A stretch of DNA of 56,704 nucleotides, counting the filler, from Dugesia japonica (Eukaryota): the NCBI GenBank assembly GCA_001938525.1. It is 4 parts of 4 records of this genome, joined end to end, with 100 filler letters (N's around TTAATTAATTAA, not from the genome) between each part and the next. Parts side by side here need not be neighbours in the genome. Positions count along the whole stretch, not along the records: positions 8,452 to 31,763 come from MQRL01588845.1; 3 more parts are not named here. One strand, given 5' to 3'. Below the pieces are notes generated by a model. That model saw only the letters and a program-made list of their open reading frames with translations. It was not told the origin of the DNA and did no database searches. The position numbers were made by a program, and so were the translations under genes. Numbering within the stretch: the first letter of the stretch is position 1; the number at the start of each line of letters is the position of its first letter. This document shows, in pieces, positions 11,316 to 25,082 of this stretch.

Positions 11316-13590
11316 GGGTACTAATTATATGTTAAGTAAAATTAATGAAATGTTAAGTTACTCTAGTCGTACATTTAAAGTTAAAATAATGAGTGTATAG
11401 TAAAATTAGTAAATGTTAAGTTAAATTAATAAATCATAAGTTAAATTAATGAATGTTAAGTAAAATTAGTAAATGTTAAGTAATTAAATAAATTTGTTTA
11501 TTTAATAATAAAATATTTAAGTTCATTAATTTAAATAATTAAGTGAAGTAGTTTACTTGTTCAAGTATAAATATACGAAATTTAAATTTAAAGTTTAAAA
11601 TTTAATTATTTAAAATTACTTATAAAAATTAGTCAGTTACCAAGATACGAATCAAGCAATGACGAAATCGATTTTGTATCAACAAAACAATTTCAATATA
11701 ACAATGCAAATGAAGCTACAGCGTTTATCAAAAGTGAAAAAATATGGTCTTATTTCTTTACAAATAAAACAACAGATGCAATAAAAAAAAGCACGTGAAA
11801 CACAATGTAATGGTAGTAAAAAATATTGGTATACGAGATGACATGAAATTATTCATAAGCGAACAAATTAAGAGTGCTGTGAATAAACCAAAAACAATTT
11901 TATCAAACATTGAAAGAAATGGTTTGCAAGTTCAAAAAACAAGTCGACTTAATAATTATTTAAAGCAATATCGTGATAAAAACATTGATGTTTCAACTAT
12001 TAGTATGGGTGAATTAAGCCAATGGTGTGAATCAAAAAGTAATATACCTATAAATGATGATGAGGCATTTATTTTGTATCATGAAATTGGCGATAATGAT
12101 GAGAATGAAGATATAGAGAATATAGAAGATGATGATCAAAATTCCAAACAATATGTTCGTTTATGTATTAATACAAAACGTTTATTTTAAATTGCTTCAA
12201 TTTCAACAGCGGTTTACGCAGATATTACTAATAAATTGTATTGGCAGGGTTATCCTGTATTGATTACTGGTACAACTGATGCAGATAGAAAATTCCATCC
12301 ATTTTGTCTTACAGTGGGCAGTTGCGAAAAAGAAGCTGATTACAAATTTTTATTAGAAAGTGTTAAAAATGGTTTCAGAACAATAATAAAGAATTCAAAC
12401 CAAACGTCTTAATATCAGACGCATCAGATCCAATTACAAATAGTTTTAAGCAGTTTTTGGAAATAATTACAAACGTATTACGTGTTTGTCTCACGTTTAT
12501 AGAGCAGTAGATAATAATATGAAAAGTTACGTATCAAATAAAGAATCATCTATTAAAATAATGGACGATATAAGTCATCTACAGTTATGTCAGTCGCAAG
12601 AAATCTTCATGAAAGCATCTGAATTGTTCTTAATAAAATAGAAAGATGAAAGAAACTTTGTGATTACTTCAAAAACGAATGGTTAAACAAGCATCCAGGA
12701 TGGTATGAGGATTACTCACAAGAATATCTATCAACTAATAATGCACTCGAATCCAATAATAATGACATTAAACGAAGCAAAACTTTTCGTGAAATGTATC
12801 CATTATCAATAATTAAAGTTTTTGCACAAAAGATTGTAGAAGACTTGTCAAAAGAACAAGATTCAAATAAAATAAACGAAAAATTATTTTCAACAACTCC
12901 TATAACTATAAAATTGTGGACAGANGGAAATCAATGGATTAAATTGGATAAACAAGTATTATTTCATGAAAAGTCAAATCAATTGGAATATTACTTCATA
13001 TTATCAATTGAAAAGTCTGATATAGCGAAAACAAAATTGAACAATTATATTCGTTTGATGAAAAATATGAGATGGGATGATTTTGATCATTATGTTGATA
13101 CNNNNNNNNNNNNNNNNNNNNNNNNNNNNNNNNNNNNNNNNNNNNNNNNNNNNNNNNNNNNNNNNNNNNNNNNNNNNNNNNNNNNNNNNNNNNNNNNNNN
13201 NNNNNNNNNNNNNNNNNNNNNNNNNNNNNNNNNNNNNNNNNNNNNNNNNNNNNNNNNNNNNNNNNNNNNNNNNNNNNNNNNNNNNNNNNNNNNNNNNNCG
13301 TTGAAGACCATCGAAAGCAAAGAAGGCATTAGTTGTTCAATAAAAGCTAAAATTAACTCAAACATTTTTTTATTTATTTAAAAAAATTATTTTTTTACTT
13401 GTTTTTTGCTTTTTCTAATTAAATTTTATGATTAATTTACTTAATATTTTATTAGAAATACTTAATTTTGTATTAAAAATAACTTAAAGTTTAATTACTT
13501 TTACTTGACAAATAATTAAAATATACTTAAACTAAATTAATTTTTTTACTTAACATTTCATTAGTTTAACTTAACAAATAATAATAACTC
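11316..13590 (+). mobile_element. Mutator-like (MULE) DNA transposon with degraded transposase
   Basis: Imperfect long TIRs rich in AAATGTTAAGT; 9-bp TSD TTTTAAAAG at 11307-11315 and 13591-13599; MULE motifs VYADITNKLYWQGYPVLITGTTD, LISDASD, CLSHV, TNNALES. Confidence 0.92.
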
Positions 13591-14390
13591 TTTTAAAAGA
13601 AAAATTTAATTTAATCACGGAGCTTCTATCGCTTCAGGTTTACTGTATCAAACCTAAACTAAACCGATGCACCCTTTACGAGGATTCACCGACGCCATCG
13701 AATAAATCGGTCCTATATCGGTCAGATAAATCATGATACACCTAGATGAATTTTTATTGACATAAAAACTAATTATTAAATTCACAACCATTACCTTAAC
13801 ATTAAGTCTTGTTATATATGAGCCAAATCGATTAAATAATTTTGATTTTTTTGTCAAAGCGCTTGATATACTTCTAACTTTTATATTAAGAATCAAAATC
13901 ACTTAATAAAAATATTATTTATTTTAGAATTCAATTTAATTAATCTCNTCACTTTTCCCCCCTTTCTGTTTTATAGTTAATCAATTTGGCAAGTGAGCAG
14001 CACATATATAAGATCATAACTCGGTCCAAACTTTACGACGGGAACACAGACAGATTTTTTAGAAAAATTAACAGGTCTAACTAACTTTACTTTAATTATT
14101 AGAGGATACTATTAATATAAATGTGAATTTATAAATTACTAAGTTTTAATTTTCTGATTTTGCACTAAAAAACATCTATTAAAATTCTAATTCGAAAATA
14201 TTTTTGGTACAACTCAATATATTCTAGAAAAAAATAATTATATAAATTGCTAACATAATATTTAATAAAAGTTTTAAAAGAATCGTAAAAGAAACGTAAA
14301 TTGTTTAAAATTCATTTAATGAAAATTTATTCCAGAAATTACTATCATTATAATTCAAAAAATTTTACAGACTCAAATGTTTACTTAAAA

Positions 14391-17363
14391 CATAGACCTT
14401 CAACCTGGACTATATCGCCCACTAGTGGGCGTTTGAAAATAATAAGTGGGCAGTGTGTGGGCGCTCTATGTATATGTGGGCATTAGCGTTTTGAAAATTT
14501 ATCTACAGCCTATACCCATCTGTAACTAGTAACTAGCATATGTACTTGCATACAAACACTCACTCACATAAACAAAGCACCATTCACCAAATCCAACTAC
14601 CAATCAACTTAGTTGAGTTGTCCTAGTATATGTTACCAGCTGTAAATAGCATGTTACATGTATATGCACACACACTTGTAAAAGATTTATTACTAATAAT
14701 GCATGTAACACATACTCAAAGCGATTGGAGACAATTTACAGTACAGCGTTTTAGAGTAGTAATTCACTTACTCATCTTACAATGTACATATTGTGCAACT
14801 CCAATTTTAAAGTTGTCACAGTTTTTCTTTTGCTTTTATCTGTAATACGTGTATCAACAGCACACTGATGGTAGAAATAGTGCTTGTTTGTTGATTTAAA
14901 TACTTTACAAATAGATTAATTTGCATTTGATTATCTTCAGGATTGAATAAGGATTTGTCATCAAAGAAGAAGCGTTGCCCGCAGCATTCATTAGAGTATC
15001 TCTCATATGAATTTGTTAAAGCTCTTAATTATGAAGCTATCAAGCGTATTTAAATTTGATGCACTTTAAACAATAATGATAAGCCACTGGGTTATTTTAA
15101 ATTTCTGCATAAGCAATTCAAGGAACGACCAACAACTACCACAATTTTTAAAAAAGAAATGCAAAAGTAGTAGACTAACTGCTTGCATCCTACGATGTTT
15201 TAAATTCAAACCAAAGTGTGGTAAATTTCATAATAATGCTGAAGCACTCAGCTCTTCAAGATATTATTAGAACTGAAATGCACCAGGATTCAACCAAAGT
15301 GCTCAAAAGTTTTACCACTAAGTGACACATTATTAAAGACGTATTGATAAAATGGCAGTAGATATAGAAAGACAACTGGTTGCAAATTTGTGAGCCACTA
15401 AATTTTCATTGCCAATAAATGAATCTACGTTATCTGATAATGAAACTTCGTATATTTGCGATTGTCAAATACATTTCTTGATACAAAGCATGTTCCTTTT
15501 AACAACATTGTTGCCCAAGCAACTGATAGTACACCTGAGTTGGTTTGTCGCTATCGGAAATTCTTAGCATATTTAAAAACTTCAACTCCTAGCATATTTA
15601 TCATTCATTGTGTTGCAGACAGACAACACCTTGTAGCTAAGCAGCTAAGTAAGAATCTGCATTCTGCATTGGAAACTTTTATCTGTGTTTTAAAAAATAT
15701 CAATAGTAATTGTTTGAATGATCACCTCTTTTGTCAATAATGAAACACAATTATGAACAACATAATTGACTTGTTCTTCATACTGTAGTTTATGGGTTGT
15801 AAAAAGACAACTAATTGACAAGATTTACAGAATTATTTGACAGTATCCTATTATCTTTTGACTTAAATGGTGATATCAACCTTTGTGAGGAATTAAAAGC
15901 TGCAAAGAAAGATCCGTTCTATACCGCAGTAATATTTCAAAAGTTCAATGATATCAATTTGAAACTTCAAGGACAGCTAGCGACCTTAATCGATTCCATG
16001 AAGACAAGTGTCACATTATTTCAGAGGTTGGAATTGTACCGACAAAATATACTTGGGCAAGAATTTTATCAATTTCTAAAACAGGTCTCAGTTAGTAAAA
16101 AAAATCAATACTAATGAAAAATTTGGTAAGCATCTCAAATCCTTGGAAACTGGCATATCAACGCGCTTTTGCGAGTTGATGAAAATCCAGAAACGTCAAA
16201 CCTTCTCAGACACAGATTTATGCAGTCAGTGTCAATCATTATTCGAAATCATTTAATACAATACCAAACTAAAACTCTAGATGAGCTGGCAAAGCTAGCC
16301 GACTGTCATTTTGAAATATAGTCCCATTCTCTCAATTCTGTTTATCAAAAACCATGAAGAAGAGAATTCAACTCAAGAAGATCTTAATTCTAGTAAAGCA
16401 AAAAGAAATCAGTATAATGATAAAAATTTAAGAAAACTTTGTTTTTATCATAGAAAATTTAAAAGATATGCTGTTAAATGTCAACAACTATGCTCTTGGT
16501 CCACCAAAACCTATTTAGGGAAAGACAACCGACCTCAGTATAACCAACAGCTGAGATCCAAATCAAAACTAAGTCATCGCAATCTATAAACGCAATATTC
16601 ACAATTCCAGTTTTGTCAGAGAAGCTAAAATATGAATTTGTAGTAGACTCAGTTACTGACATTAGCATGGTTCCTATACAGCTATTCCAGCCAGATAATA
16701 TGAAAATCAGACATTCTTTAATTACGTTTAACAATAGAGAAATCGATGTTTTTAGTGAAAAAAAATTAAAAATCTTTATTCCAAGCATTCCTTGAACATT
16801 CACATGTTTATTCAAGGTTGTTGATGTACACCGACTAATCTTAAGATCCGATTTCATGTCAAATTTTATATTATTGGTAGATTGACACAAGTGCATTCTT
16901 AGGACACAGAAAAATAATATTAGTCCAGAAAATTAAACTTGTCTGGGAATAGAAACAAGTAAGGCAAAGAGTTCACAGATTAGGAGGAATCGTTCTCAGT
17001 CAAATAAAAAAAGAGTTCGACTCAGGATATTATTCAATCAAGTAACAGCGAATTGACTTCACCACTTATAATTGACAAAAATAAAGATGGAACTTTGCGT
17101 CCGTGTGGAGACTATTGCGTGTTTAATGCAATCACTAAACCAAACCGATACCCATAACCCAGAATAATCGACATTTTGAACAGAATTACAGGTTGTTCAT
17201 TTTTTTCTAACACTATTGTATTAGTCATATAGCATTCTGTATTGTTAGTAAACAATATTTGAATTTTAATTAGTTTTGTAAAGTTTAGGTGAGCAGTAGA
17301 CTTATTTATAGATGGGAATATAGCAAAAGTATGTGTTAGGCTAAAAAGAGTTGAAGGCAACTG
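14391..17363 (+). mobile_element. hAT (Buster/Charlie-like) transposon, degraded
   Basis: Degenerate TIRs CATAGACCTTCAAC / GTTGAAGGCAACTG; perfect 8-bp TSD ACTTAAAA (NNNTANNN) at 14383-14390 and 17364-17371; transposase motifs ATDSTPELV and IHCVADRQHLVAK. Confidence 0.9.
16190..17210 (+). pseudogene. Gypsy gag-protease-RT fragment inside the hAT element
   Basis: LDELAKLAD, LCFYHRKF..AVKCQQLC (gag end), FVVDSVTDISMVP (protease site), KDGTLRPCGDYCVFNAITKPNRYP (RT start); no LTRs visible. Confidence 0.85.
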
Positions 17364-18799
17364 ACTTAAAACATCAAAAGACTACTTTTAAGCATGTGTA
17401 GTACTGTGGTTGATATTGTTTAATTTGAGTATTAATATACAGACAACTATTTCGACTAAATCAGTGGTAGGCAACGTTATTCCAGCGGCGACACACCAAT
17501 ATATATTTTTTCACAATTTAAAGCGGTACTAAAAACAATTAATTAATTAAATGAGTCTTGTGTTATTTAGTATCTTATACAACACAGGTGGCTAAACCCC
17601 ACCAAATTAACTTTAGGATAATTTTAATTATTGTAGTAAAACAAGAACCAAGAGAATTAAATGATATTTTACTACCTCAGTGGTTACCAAACTTTTTAGA
17701 TCAGGAAATACTTCGCAAAATAATCATTCTGAAGGAACACATTTTTATATACAAGATAGAATTTCATTTTATAAATTAATCGATTTTTAGTTTCTATTTT
17801 CACTGAAGACTTTAATCTTCAACGGAAAACCAATATTCTGCGGAAAAGAATATGTTACCATAAATAAAGTTAGAATAAAGAAAAATGTTATAAAATATTT
17901 TTGAAATAATGATAATCCATAAATATATTTTATTTTTGAATAATTCCTGGCATTTAGAACAAAAACGATTAATAAATTACAATTAAAATGTCTTTAAAAC
18001 ATTGTTTGATAATATATAAATATGTCAATTATTGATCTGGATTGTGATCTTAATTAATGAGAATATATACTTCTTGATTTAACAACATCAGCAGCCAGTT
18101 TGAAATGAATGTTCATTTAGTCATTGCAAATGCTAAATTAATTTTATAGTAATATGTTTGGTTGATTTTTTATGAGAACTTATTAAACTTTCAAATAACT
18201 GGATACGTATGAAATTATGTATGCGAGCAAATCTAAAATGGATATTGTCAGAAATAGGTCAGGCCATGCGAAATTTTTTAATTTAATGTGTTAGATGAGT
18301 CTGTAACACTCATCTTTGCATTTAAAAAATCAATACTTTCCATTTCCAAAATTTATTCAAATACAGGACAAACCAAAATGCAGCATATAAATTTGTCTTT
18401 TTCAAACAAATTTAAACATTTTCATTCGAAACTGAAATTAAAAAATATATCGGTTTATTTAAAAATATTTCGCAATTTCATTTTAATTTAATTTTTAAAA
18501 AATAACGTAAAATTTAAAAATACAATAAAAATTTTTTTTTCGAAATCAGAAATTTATAATAATTTTATAAATTACAATAAAATTATAAAAAAGACAAATT
18601 TTAATATTTTTTGTAAATTACAAATTTTATATTTAACACAAATTATAAATTTAAAATTAGTTTTCTGTAAACAAAATTAATTTTAAAATTCGTTTGATTT
18701 AAACTGTTAATTAATTAAAAATTTAAAATTTAATTTACAAACTATTTCAATAAATTTAAAATATTTAACAAATCTGACTTCTATAAATTCCGTTTCAGA

Positions 18800-21319
18800 C
18801 AAAAAATTTAAATCCGCTTTTAAAAACATGGTCTGTGCGAATAATAAATTTCTTCCCTAATAAATAATACTTGTATTTTTTCAAAAAGTAATTAACCGGC
18901 ATGAATTCTTCGTGATACAATACATTTTTTCTGCCTTCAAAAATTTCTGCGATTCATAGCATATTACTTTTTTTTCGTTGCATGTGACCCATACGCCATG
19001 ACTAGTTCTAAACCTCTTTTATCTATTTGCGATAGAACTGCTCCGATGGCATCAACACCCACTTTTATTTTTTGAACAAACATCCTTTTAATATCTGTAA
19101 AACTCAATATTTGTGCTTTTGTTAACGCTTTTTTCATTTCATTAAAAGCTTTATTACAACTTTCATACCACACATACAGCTATACCAAAAGACATTCTTG
19201 TAAAACAATGTCTCCTTTTTGTAGAAAATGCTGTTTTCATATGTGAATCTTTATGTAACAGAACTTGATAATATACATTACCCAAATCAATTGTACTCAA
19301 ATATCTTGCACTACTCCAATTGTCTAGTATTTCCTCTACATAGAGCATTGGAAATGCATGTCTTTCTGTGATTGCATTCAGTTTTCTAAAACCTAGACAT
19401 AATCTGTCATATTTTATTTCTTTTTTCAAACACATATTATCGGAGTGTTCAATTGTGAATTACACTCCATAATAATGCCGTTGTCAAACAAATCGTTGAT
19501 AGCTTCATCGATCTTATTTTCTAAATGCCAATATCCCAGTTATCTGGCATGAATATTCCTTTATGAATCATTATAACTTTCTACAAGTTCTCGTTTGGCT
19601 TGTAATCAATATTTTTATTGTTTTCTGTACTCTCTCTCTTCATCCGTTGTACTGAGTCTATAATTTGCTTTTATATTACAAAGATACATTAGATTATAAT
19701 TACATTTAGTCTCTCTCAGCAGTTGGAATCCAAACTGTTTCTGTAATTCTATTCTTCCTATTAGATCTGGATGTATTTGTTTCACAATAATGAATTTAAC
19801 TGTTTTTGCATTAATTCTCGAATTCTACTTATACTTTTATCGTACCCACTATTTTGAGCGGACTATTATTGGCAAATTTTAAATTGTCTTTGCTTTTTAA
19901 TATATTGATTTTTCATAATCTTTCCAATATTCTCAAACTCATCACATTAACTCTTGCTCCAGTGTCTGATAAGCAATCAACTTTTACGCATTGTATTTAA
20001 ACCGTTATATTTGGTCTATCTTGTATCTTGTCATAACTTATCTTTTGTCACTTTATTTCTTCTATTGTCAGAATTTCAGTGTCATCTTCTCCATTTATAC
20101 CATTGATCATCTCTGGCTGGCCTCTAATCAATTCTTTCTTTACAAACTTATGAACATTGTCTTTTACATCATTGTACTAATCTACTCGTTTATCTTCGTT
20201 TCTTTTATTTATATCATTATTTATTCTACTTATACTATAATTAAAAAATACTGCTATTTTTTGGGATACTTAATTCAACGCTCTGACAATCGCGACTGCG
20301 GTCAAAGCTTGGTCATTTAGGTATTCATCTTGATAAATATTTGATCTTTCATTACAATAGTGACTTTTTGTTTCTTTTCATACACAATATTTTCAATTTT
20401 CCTCAATCGAATTAACAGGACTTCATTCCTTTTTGTGAAATTATCCTTATTGTTTCAATAATATTTTTGTTTGGCATTTCCGAATAATTTTCTGTCTTGT
20501 TCACTTTTATTCTGATAACTAGAGTGTTTGTTCATATTAGTGTAACAGTCTTCTGTGTTGTGACCTTTCTTAGTGCATCTTGAACAACTAACTTTGGTAC
20601 AGTCTCTTCTTTAGTGTTGTTCAAATCAAGAAACATAACATTTTTTTCCTTATTGGAAAGATTCTGCTTACATGACCCATTTTTTACAGGTCCAACACGT
20701 TATTTCTTGTCTTTCGTTATTTTTGTTCTGTCGCATTCCTTCATTTTGACTCTTGTTGAAATTTGTTTGTACTGGACTTCGGCGAACAGCTTCTCTGTAG
20801 TTATGAACTACATTTATTTCTTTAGTATTTACTTCATCTTTATGTCTTCCCACTTTGTTATTGCTTTAAATGCATCTTCTACTTTTTTATTTTTTCTGAT
20901 CTTACCTTATGTTTAATTTTTCTGTCATTGCAGCTATTTATTATTAGCTCTTTTGTTAAGTCCTCTTTGTCCCATCTATGAGCCATTAACTTTTCTACCA
21001 ATCCTTCAACTTTCTTCTTATAGATTTTATTATGCTTTCCATTTCTTCGATAATTTAGAGCGTCCTCTATATCTTTAATTATTGTTGATGGTTTACAGAA
21101 AGCCTTTTTGAATCTTTCTTCAAATCCCAATGCTTTGTCTTCATTTTCATATATTTCACGCAGTTATTTATCTAGGAAATCAACTACAAACAAACTACAT
21201 TGGCCTTTCTTTGTTTCGGTTATATCGAAATATTTCCTTGTCTTCGACATCATGGCGCATTTTGAAACTTCCAAGGTTTATGGTTTTTTTTAGAAAATCC
21301 AATGATGTGTTGGTCGCCA
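18800..21319 (-). mobile_element. Ty3/Gypsy element internal region (PBS, gag, protease, RT, RNase H), degraded
   Basis: PBS-like TGGCGACCAACAC at 21307-21319; gag knuckles CWTCKK.GH and CSRCTKKGHNTEDC; protease LSDTGARVNV; RT RLCLGFRKLN..STIDLGNVYYQV; RNase H AIGAVLSQ..VMAYGS. Confidence 0.9.
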
Positions 21320-22019
21320 TATTAGTTAAATTCAAAGCCTTACAACTCTCCATAAATTTTATTTATTATTACAAGTGTTTTTGATTAAAGTAAAATAATG
21401 ATGAAGAATAATTCATAGTGATCAAACAAATAATCTGAGAAATTGTTTAATAAAATATTTTAAAAATCTCGATTTCATTTTCATGAAATATTTTATTTTA
21501 CATATTTTAAAAATAAATTTTAATATTATATATATAAAAATTAAATAATCTCTCAGATATTTAAACCTATGAATGATTCTTACAAATTTCAATTATAATA
21601 ATTTATAAGAACAAAATAAATAATAATTTAAAAACAAACAAATATTAAATTTACTTTTGCTGTTCTGATAATTTACTGTTTTTGTCAAATAATTTTGAAA
21701 TTGTGATAAAATAATAACATATTAATGGAAAATGAGGAACATTGTGGTTTTTATGGAGTTAATTTAATTGATCCATTTAAACAAATGATGTATATTTTAT
21801 TAGAGTTATTGAAATTAATGGGTTTATTAGAGACTAATGGGTTGATGAGAGTATGAGTTTATAGGTTTTAATATTTTAGGGATTCAAATCTTGTGATTAT
21901 AGAAGAATATAATTTCATAGTTTTTTAAAAAATCTCAAAAATGCTAGATTTTGGAAATTCAAAACTACATAGTAATTAATTAAATTATTCAGTTAATCAA
22001 TAACATTTAAATTCAAATA

Positions 22020-22427
22020 TATAAGTGCAAGTATTACTAGTTTTCCCATTGAAAAGACATTTACACATAAAGGTCCGATTTTACAAGTCTTAGAGCAGGA
22101 AATAACTTTGGTTTGAGCCAACATTTAACTATTCTTGCTAATTTATACAAATTAATTGAAAGTCCCATATTTACAACAATTGTTTGTGATTGTAATTGTA
22201 TTATTGTTTATATCATAGGGGTTCAAATCTTGTGATTCCAATGTTTTCTTACAACTCATTATTCGGCAGTTTCCTGATTTGATGAATATAATTTTATACT
22301 TGTCACTTTTGAATTTGAATTGACATGGTTTATCTAGAGGAAAGCTTATTTTCTTTGTTACTTCTTGCGACATTTCACCTCTGTAATTGATATTGGTTAT
22401 CATAATTAAAGAATTAATGAGGAACAT
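22020..22427 (-). pseudogene. divergent TATA-binding-protein-like (TBP-fold) gene, frameshifted
   Basis: Two TBP-like repeats: ITNINYRG...KIIFIKSGNCRIMSCK and INLYKLARIVKCWLKPKLFPALRL..PLCVNVFSMGKLVILA (compare TBP LIFxSGKxVxTGAK and YEPELFPGL). No introns. Confidence 0.7.
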
Positions 22428-22512
22428 TGGGTTTAGTTTGAATTAATTTAATTGATCTCTTAAAACAATTATACTTAATGTACTAAGTTATGAATAAATT
22501 AAAAAAAAAACG

Positions 22513-23063
22513 ATGGAGAAATTAAGAAATGGTGCAGATTATTAAATTGTTTGCCTAGTTTTAGCGAGAAAACTTTGTTTGTATGTCAATTATTGAATTC
22601 AAGTTTATTAAAGTCGAAATTTAGAAACATATACTGGCATAGGGGTGCAAATGAGGAGTATGGACTGACTAAATCTGAATTTTGTAATTTTAAAAAGAAA
22701 ATTATAATTGGTTTTGATAGAAATTGAAGCAAAAGGTTGAGACCAGGTGATGTTATTGTCGTTGATGATCTGGATCTAGAGGCGAATAAAGAAAGCGATT
22801 TCAATTATTTATTCACAAAGATATCTAGACATTGTAATGTTACTGTAATATTTATTACTCAAAATCTATTTCATCAAGGAGGTAGTCATATAACCCGCAA
22901 TTTAAACGTGAAATACTTGATTCTATTCCAAGATCCTAGGGATCAAACTGTTTTTGATTTTCTAGCAAGACAAGCATATCCAAATAACACACAATTTCTT
23001 ATTGATTCATTTCAAGAAAACCTCCATGCATATCTATTTTTTGACTTTACACAAAATAGGTAA
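22513..23063 (+). pseudogene. Polinton/Maverick A32-like packaging ATPase
   Basis: Degenerate Walker A PSFSEKT, Walker B VIVVDDL, LFTKISRHCNVTVIFITQNLF, N..YLILFQDPRD, LARQAYP, HAYLFFDF. Confidence 0.9.
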
Positions 23064-23350
23064 TTTTCCTAATATTAAAAAATGATAAAATTAAAGAAAT
23101 GTGTAGTTGATCAAGTAACTGGTGGTGTTGTAATACGTCATAAAATATCTTTTGAGAAGAAAAAGTAAGAAAAAAAGAAAAAACAATCACATATAAAACA
23201 TCATGTAAGTACGAAGCAAGAGTAAAAAATGAAGCAAATGAATATGTTTAAAAAGCTTACAAAAGGAATGGAAAGAAACTGTGAATGGTGAACAAAAAAT
23301 AGATATTATTATAAAGAAATAAATGCTTTGTGTTATTTTAATAAATAAAG

Positions 23351-23500
23351 ATGAAATTACAAAGAAGTATTCCGAATTTTACTCCGTTGGTTAAATAATC
23401 AAAATCTTTGAGAATGAGAATTTTGCAATCATTCCAACCATATGTTATAGATGATTTACTTGACATTATTATAAATATTGTTCGTGGCTATTAGTTAAAT
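23351..23500 (+). pseudogene. possible Maverick small core (pVII-like) protein remnant
   Basis: SLRMRILQSFQPYVIDDLLDIIINIVRG resembles the R..IL.....I..I.E...N.L.GN motif of the small basic gene that usually follows the Maverick ATPase. Confidence 0.4.
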
Positions 23501-24419
23501 ACAAAGTCTCGCAAGTATCCATAAATTGTTTATTGATTATTACAAGACTTTTATTAAAATGAAAAATGATAAAGAAAAATTCACAATATTCAAACAAATA
23601 ATCTTGGAAATCTTAATAAAATATCTTTCAAAAATATTGATTTTTTAAATTCCAAAATACTTTTATTTTACTTGTATCTTTAATTATTTTTAAACCTTAT
23701 TTTTTAAAATAATTTTTATTATTTTATAATTTAACATAATATAAAATATCGACTTTAATTTTGAAATACCTTTATTTTACATATATATTTAATTATTTCT
23801 AAACATAAGTTTACAAAATAATTTTTTTAATTTCATAATTTTGCATAATATAATATTATATATAGAATTTATTCAATTAATTTGTATTTAAAAAAAACCT
23901 GTTTTACATTTTAAAATCTTCAAAAAACCAATTTGAATATTATATATAAAAATTAAAAAATCTCAGATATTTGAAATTCATAAATTGACCTCACAGTGGT
24001 AATGTAGATTTGATTGCGGTCAAAATGAAAGCATTGAAAACACAAAAGAAAATTTATTAACACTTGTAAATACAGAAAATAAAAAATCAATGTGGTTTTT
24101 CCAACTTCCACCTGGTTTCTGGAAATAAAAAGTGTTCGATTCTTCAACGTCTAGGCAATGACTACATTTGACAAAATTTTTCTCACTAGTTGAGTGTAAG
24201 CTTTTTGCTTTGCGCTCAGTTCCTTTTCATTTATCCATTTATTCATTTTCTGTTTCTTGAAGCGATACGTTTTCTGCTGGTCCCATTTCGTCTTTATGAT
24301 GGATACCTGGAGATAATGGAATTGACTTCCAAACTAGTTTCTTCCGATTTGCTTCTTTGACGGTTTGAGGATGGTAACTCTATCATCACTTGTAATGTGA
24401 TCCCCCTCATTGATCTTTT

Positions 24420-24930
24420 AGCTTAAGATATAGTTTTCTGATTAATAGGGCATCTGTCCTGAATAGAAGATTAGTAGTTGCTACTACATCTTCTTTAAGT
24501 AAAATTTGTTTATGTAGGTATACAATTTTATATACACCTTTACATTTCTGAAATCCTAATTTTTCGAAGCATTTTGCTCCTCCAAGATCTCTGATTTCTA
24601 AGACTTTGGAATAAGAAAATTAGATGGCCTCGAGAAAGTCGGAAACAACAATTCCGAATATGATCCTTTCATCGAGAAATTTCCTGATTTTGACCATTGC
24701 ATCCTCTCCATTTCAATTTCTCTGGAGTTGTTTCTCTTGTAATCCATGAGTGTGAGGTTGATAATGTTTGATAGGTTGCTTGGGTGTAATTATTGAATTG
24801 ACGTGCAATTTTCTCTCAAACTTTAATATAGTCACAGCAACTAAAGCTGTGGTAAGATTCATTTAAGTGGTGCAATAAAAGAAAGTTAGCTTGTCTTATT
24901 GTAGATGCGTCAAAGGTAGTCAAATGAATG
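24420..24930 (-). pseudogene. DEDD (REX/RNase T-like) 3'-5' exonuclease-like domain remnant
   Basis: TTFDAST..ALVAVTIL..NSIITPKQPIKHYQPHTHGLQEKQL..IRKFLDERIIFG..EIRDL..TDALLIRKLY is collinear with REX1/REX4-type exonucleases; acidic catalytic residues are partly lost. Confidence 0.6.
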
Positions 24931-25082
24931 ATTTTAATGTCTTCATGCTATTCACGTTCAGATTATATGTCCATAACGGTACGTTAGCCAGGAAAGTGAC
25001 TCATAGTTTAATATTTCAACTACTATCATAATGTCATTCTTATCACTCTGAAGCGACAGACGTATCAGTGAATAACCGATAC

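Noticed and set aside
13600-14060. GC-richer noncoding stretch suggestive of a SINE or RNA gene
   Set aside because: No tRNA cloverleaf, Pol III boxes, TSD or second copy identified.
19991-20916. Hydrophobic plus-strand ORFs resembling membrane proteins
   Set aside because: Antisense shadows of the A-rich minus-strand gag region.
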